Below, piece by piece: positions 16,841-20,000 of a DNA stretch of 20,000 nt; positions within the stretch are counted from its first letter, which is position 1, and each line of letters opens with the position of its first letter. Made by a program: the position numbers and the translations under genes. The DNA is from an uncultured Ignavibacteriales bacterium (GTDB lineage: Bacteria > Zixibacteria > MSB-5A5 > GN15 > JAAZOE01). The DNA is taken from assembly GCA_964611355.1 (NCBI GenBank), contig CAZSYD010000008.1, forward strand, positions 53,939 through 73,938, written 5' to 3'. The notes beneath the pieces are model-generated. The model was given only the letters and a program-made list of their open reading frames with translations. It searched no databases and was not told where the DNA came from.

Positions 16841-16868
16841 ATAATACGGGTTTTTCCGGCGTTGTCAA
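16841..16868 (-). promoter_or_regulatory. Sigma70-like promoter (proximal) for the 1651-aa gene
   Basis: Minus strand TTGACA (16868-16863), 16-nt spacer, TATTAT (16846-16841). Confidence 0.65.
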
Positions 16869-16895
16869 GGCTTTTTTGCCCAAAAGATTAAAAAT

Positions 16896-16923
16896 ATTCT
16901 ATCTGCAAATCCGTTTCTGTCAA
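16896..16923 (-). promoter_or_regulatory. Sigma70-like promoter (distal) for the 1651-aa gene
   Basis: Minus strand TTGACA (16923-16918), 16-nt spacer, TAGAAT (16901-16896). Both -35 boxes lie in an identical 11-mer AAGCCTTGACA. Confidence 0.6.
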
Positions 16924-16978
16924 GGCTTCGCGGCCATTTGCCTCTTGATTTGAGGCCCCGGTTTTGATAACTTCGGGC

Positions 16979-19381
16979 ATGATCCTGAGGCGGCTTTTTC
17001 TGACCAATTTCCGGCAGTACGAAAAACTGGATATAACCTTCCGGGACGGAATAACCGGCATTGTCGGCCAAAACGGCTCCGGAAAGACAACTATCCTCGA
17101 AGCCGTGCTCTGGTGCCTTTTCGGCAACCGGGCGGCTCGGACTTCCAAAGAAGGTATCAGGCGGCAGTCGACTTCCCCGGCTGATCCGTGCCGGGTCGAG
17201 CTGTCGTTCGAGATTCGCGAAACCGAATATCTCCTCAAGCGTTCGCTGACCGGCAAAAGTAACCGTTCCGAGGCGCGGTTGACCAGACAGGGAAGCCTCG
17301 ACGCGGTATCCACGCGTGAAGTGGACGATTATGTCGTGAAACTAATCGGATTGGACCTGAAAGCCTTTCTTTCGAGCTTTTTCGCCCGTCAGAAAGAACT
17401 GAACGCTCTCACAGACGCCCGCCCCGCCGACCGGAAAGATCACCTTGCCAAAATGCTGGGCGTGGGGCGGCTGGATGATGCCATACAATTACTCAAAGAG
17501 GATATCAAATCGGTTCGCCAGGGAATCGGTATCCTGAGCGGCCTGCAGGTTGACCCGGCCGTGATAACCGACGAACTTTCGGCAAAACAATTGGAAATAG
17601 AAGGACTTGAGAAATCGAAAGCAGACAAAAATGAGAACCTGACCCGTGTCGAGGCGGAGATTCAAAAGAAGAATAAAGACCTGGAAGATATCAGGGCAAA
17701 GGAACTGGAAAACAACAAGCTGGAGAAACAGGCCTCGGCCGGGGCGGCACAGCAAAAAGCCAAAACCGGAGAAATCGATCGCCTGACGGCTGAACTGGCC
17801 GAACTGGATCAGTTAAAGGGAAGGCTGGAGATACTGCGCGGCCGGGTTGGGGGAATCGATGAACTCCGGGAAAAGGTTACCGAACTGCAAAAGGCGGAGA
17901 ATTTAAGCCGGGAAAAGAGCCGCCTTGAGATTGAGTTGAAGCGGCTTTCCGATTTGGCCGAAACGCACCTGACCGAAAAGCAGGAAATACAAAAGAGTAT
18001 CGCGGAGCTGGAAAAGGCGCTGGAAGCCAAGAAAAGCCTGATCGAGAACCGGTCGGAGAAGGAAGCCGGACTGGAAAGATATCGAAATGAGTACCGCGAG
18101 ATTACCGCTGAATTGAGGGTAGTCGTCAGGGATTTGGAAAAGCTCGAAAAACAAAAAAGCGAGATACAGAATCTCGGGCCGGATGCCGTCTGCGAATTTT
18201 GCCTGCGGCCGTTCGGCGAAGAATTTGAAACCATAGAAGAGCATTTTGACCGCGAGCTTTTTTCGCTTGGGCAACGCGCCGAACCGATGAAGGCGAGGCT
18301 GGCCGAGGTTGACAAAGGCGGCAAAACCCTCAGCAGTCAGCTTGAACAGGCCAGGAATCAGCTTGAGAAGTTAAACAAAATTGAACGTGATCTGGCCTCG
18401 TCCCGGACATCTCTGAAGGCGACCGAAACCGGTATCGGCGAATCTGAAGCCGGAAAGAGAGAAATAGAAAAGCGGTTGGCGGAGATCGGTGAAGTCGCTT
18501 TCGACCGTGATAAATTGGCAAAGCTGGAAAATGAACTCAAACTAAAGCAGAAAGAGCGCGAAGAATATATCCGCCTTGCCGAACGGCTGGCGCGGCGGGG
18601 GACTATTGAAGCTGATCAGAATCGGCTCAAAGAAGAGTTAAGCGCTATTGAAAATCAGCTCAATGAGTTTAAGGCGGAGATCAAAGCTCTTGGTTTCGAC
18701 CGTCAGGTTTATCAGCAGGCGCAGGCGGAACTGGATAAAATCCGGAGCCATATCGCTGATATCAAAGTCGAGATCGAACGGCTGGAAGGCCGGATCGCGT
18801 TGCTTGAATCTGAAGTCAAATCTTTAAGACAAAGGCTCGACGATTACGAGAAATCAAAAAAGGAAATCAGCCGGTTGCGCGAGGAGTTGACCGTTCTGGA
18901 AAGGCTGTCCATACTGCTTGCCGAATTCCGGGTTTATCTGATCGGTCGGATCAGGCCGGCGCTGTCGAAGCAGACGTCGCAGCTTTTCTATGAAATGACC
19001 GGCGGGCGGTATCAGGAAGTCGAACTGGACGAGGATTATAATCTCCGCCTGTATGATAACGGCGAGAAATTTTCCGTCGTCCGTTTTTCCGGCGGCGAGA
19101 TTGACCTGGTTAATCTCTGTTTCCGGCTGGCGATTTCTCTGGAAATGGCGGCCGCCGCCGGAATCGACCGCAGCTTTATTATTCTCGACGAGATTTTCGG
19201 ATCGCAGGACATCGAAAGACAGCAACTCATTATCGAAGGTCTCAACCGATTGAAAAACAGGTTCCAGCAGATAATCCTTATTTCCCATATCGAAGAAGTC
19301 AAAGGGATGGCCGAGCATGTCATCTCGGTCGAACGGGATTGTTCCGGTATCAGCCGGGCGATTGTCTCCGGGGGGGAATGA
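16979..19381 (+). CDS. sbcC: SbcC/Rad50-family SMC-like ATPase
   Basis: N-terminal 'LTNFRQY', Walker A GQNGSGKTT, Q-loop FARQ, long coiled coils, central zinc hook CEFC, signature FSGGE, Walker B IILDEIFGSQD, H-loop ISH. ATG 16979; alternative TTG 16964. Confidence 0.92.
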   Translation: MILRRLFLTNFRQYEKLDITFRDGITGIVGQNGSGKTTILEAVLWCLFGNRAARTSKEGIRRQSTSPADPCRVELSFEIRETEYLLKRSLTGKSNRSEARLTRQGSLDAVSTREVDDYVVKLIGLDLKAFLSSFFARQKELNALTDARPADRKDHLAKMLGVGRLDDAIQLLKEDIKSVRQGIGILSGLQVDPAVITDELSAKQLEIEGLEKSKADKNENLTRVEAEIQKKNKDLEDIRAKELENNKLEKQASAGAAQQKAKTGEIDRLTAELAELDQLKGRLEILRGRVGGIDELREKVTELQKAENLSREKSRLEIELKRLSDLAETHLTEKQEIQKSIAELEKALEAKKSLIENRSEKEAGLERYRNEYREITAELRVVVRDLEKLEKQKSEIQNLGPDAVCEFCLRPFGEEFETIEEHFDRELFSLGQRAEPMKARLAEVDKGGKTLSSQLEQARNQLEKLNKIERDLASSRTSLKATETGIGESEAGKREIEKRLAEIGEVAFDRDKLAKLENELKLKQKEREEYIRLAERLARRGTIEADQNRLKEELSAIENQLNEFKAEIKALGFDRQVYQQAQAELDKIRSHIADIKVEIERLEGRIALLESEVKSLRQRLDDYEKSKKEISRLREELTVLERLSILLAEFRVYLIGRIRPALSKQTSQLFYEMTGGRYQEVELDEDYNLRLYDNGEKFSVVRFSGGEIDLVNLCFRLAISLEMAAAAGIDRSFIILDEIFGSQDIERQQLIIEGLNRLKNRFQQIILISHIEEVKGMAEHVISVERDCSGISRAIVSGGE

Positions 19382-20000
19382 AACTCAGGCATTATATATT
19401 TGCTGCGGTTTTGGTACTGCTTTTCCTGCTTTTCAGGTTTGTCGCCGAAATCGGGCGGGAGACTTCTTCGCGATTCCGCGTCATCCGGATTATCGACGGC
19501 GACACGGTCGAACTGGCCGGAAGAGGACGGGTGCGTCTTCTTGGGATCGATACTCCCGAACAGGGCGAACCGTTTTATGATTCGGCGACGGCTTTCCTTT
19601 CTGAGATGGCTCTTGGAAAAGAAGCATGCCTTCGGTTTGACGCCCGCAAGCGGGACGGCTACGGGCGGCTTTTGGCTTACCTTTACATCGACACCATATT
19701 TATCAACGGCGCCATACTGGAGAACGGTCTCGGATATTTATATCTTTTTCGGGACAACCTCCGCGACGAAACCATCCTGTCCGAGCTTTTGTCCGCCCAG
19801 CGGAAAGCGATGGAAAAAAGTATCGGCCTCTGGACGTTACCATACACGGAAGAAGAGTATTACATCGGCAACAGCAACAGCATGCGTTTTCATCGTCCCG
19901 CCTGCCGTGGAGTCGAAAACCTGTCTTCAAAATATCGGGTAATCTTCAACACGCGCGAAGAAGCCTTTTACGAAGGTTATTCCCCCTGCCGCAACTGCAA
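19378..20000 (+). CDS. Thermonuclease (SNase-like) with N-terminal membrane anchor and C-terminal Ada-type metal-binding domain; 3'-truncated, absent from the ORF track
   Basis: Manual translation from ATG 19378 (ATGA overlap with sbcC stop): MKLRHYIFAAVLVLLFLLF...IIDGDT...RLLGIDTPE...DGYGRLLAY...AQRKAMEKSIGLW...FHRPAC...EEAFYEGYSPCRNC. Confidence 0.93.
   Translation, partial: MKLRHYIFAAVLVLLFLLFRFVAEIGRETSSRFRVIRIIDGDTVELAGRGRVRLLGIDTPEQGEPFYDSATAFLSEMALGKEACLRFDARKRDGYGRLLAYLYIDTIFINGAILENGLGYLYLFRDNLRDETILSELLSAQRKAMEKSIGLWTLPYTEEEYYIGNSNSMRFHRPACRGVENLSSKYRVIFNTREEAFYEGYSPCRNC

Noticed and set aside
16077..16953. Small ORFs 16077-16313 and 16696-16953 (+)
   Set aside because: TTG starts without SD; they overlap the large gene or the promoter/hairpin region and show no protein features.
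16223..16960. CRISPR array, tRNA or known riboswitch in the long intergenic region
   Set aside because: No regularly spaced repeats, no cloverleaf or T-loop signature, and no riboswitch consensus that I could recognise.
19400..19942. 180-aa ORF from the track
   Set aside because: Wrong frame; the overlapping frame from 19378 encodes a clear SNase-Ada protein.

Overview
Bacterial chromosomal window. Two secreted proteins with 'GDxxxDG..D..YL..YLF..GPxP' dockerin-like C-termini suggest candidate phylum Zixibacteria (inference). 1-5163 (+): the right end of a tightly packed operon of phage-virion-like genes (head-tail-adaptor-like protein, two signal-peptide-bearing fibre/decoration-like proteins, LL-H-type holin-like protein), closed by a terminator with no integrase, att site or tRNA. 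5228-11092: a secreted Ig/pseudo-peptidase/dockerin protein, lipA, a REC-GAF-HD-GYP regulator and a site-2 protease. 11267-16222 (-): a 1651-aa secreted repeat/beta-propeller/dockerin protein. Its 3' two-thirds has strongly optimised codons and its 5' repeat region does not. It is preceded by tandem sigma70-like promoters and a ~600-nt hairpin-rich leader, a candidate major surface (S-layer-like) expression locus with a swappable N-terminus. 16979-20000 (+): SbcC/Rad50 without adjacent sbcD, coupled to a truncated SNase-Ada-Zn gene. All calls come from manual motif reading; no searches were run.
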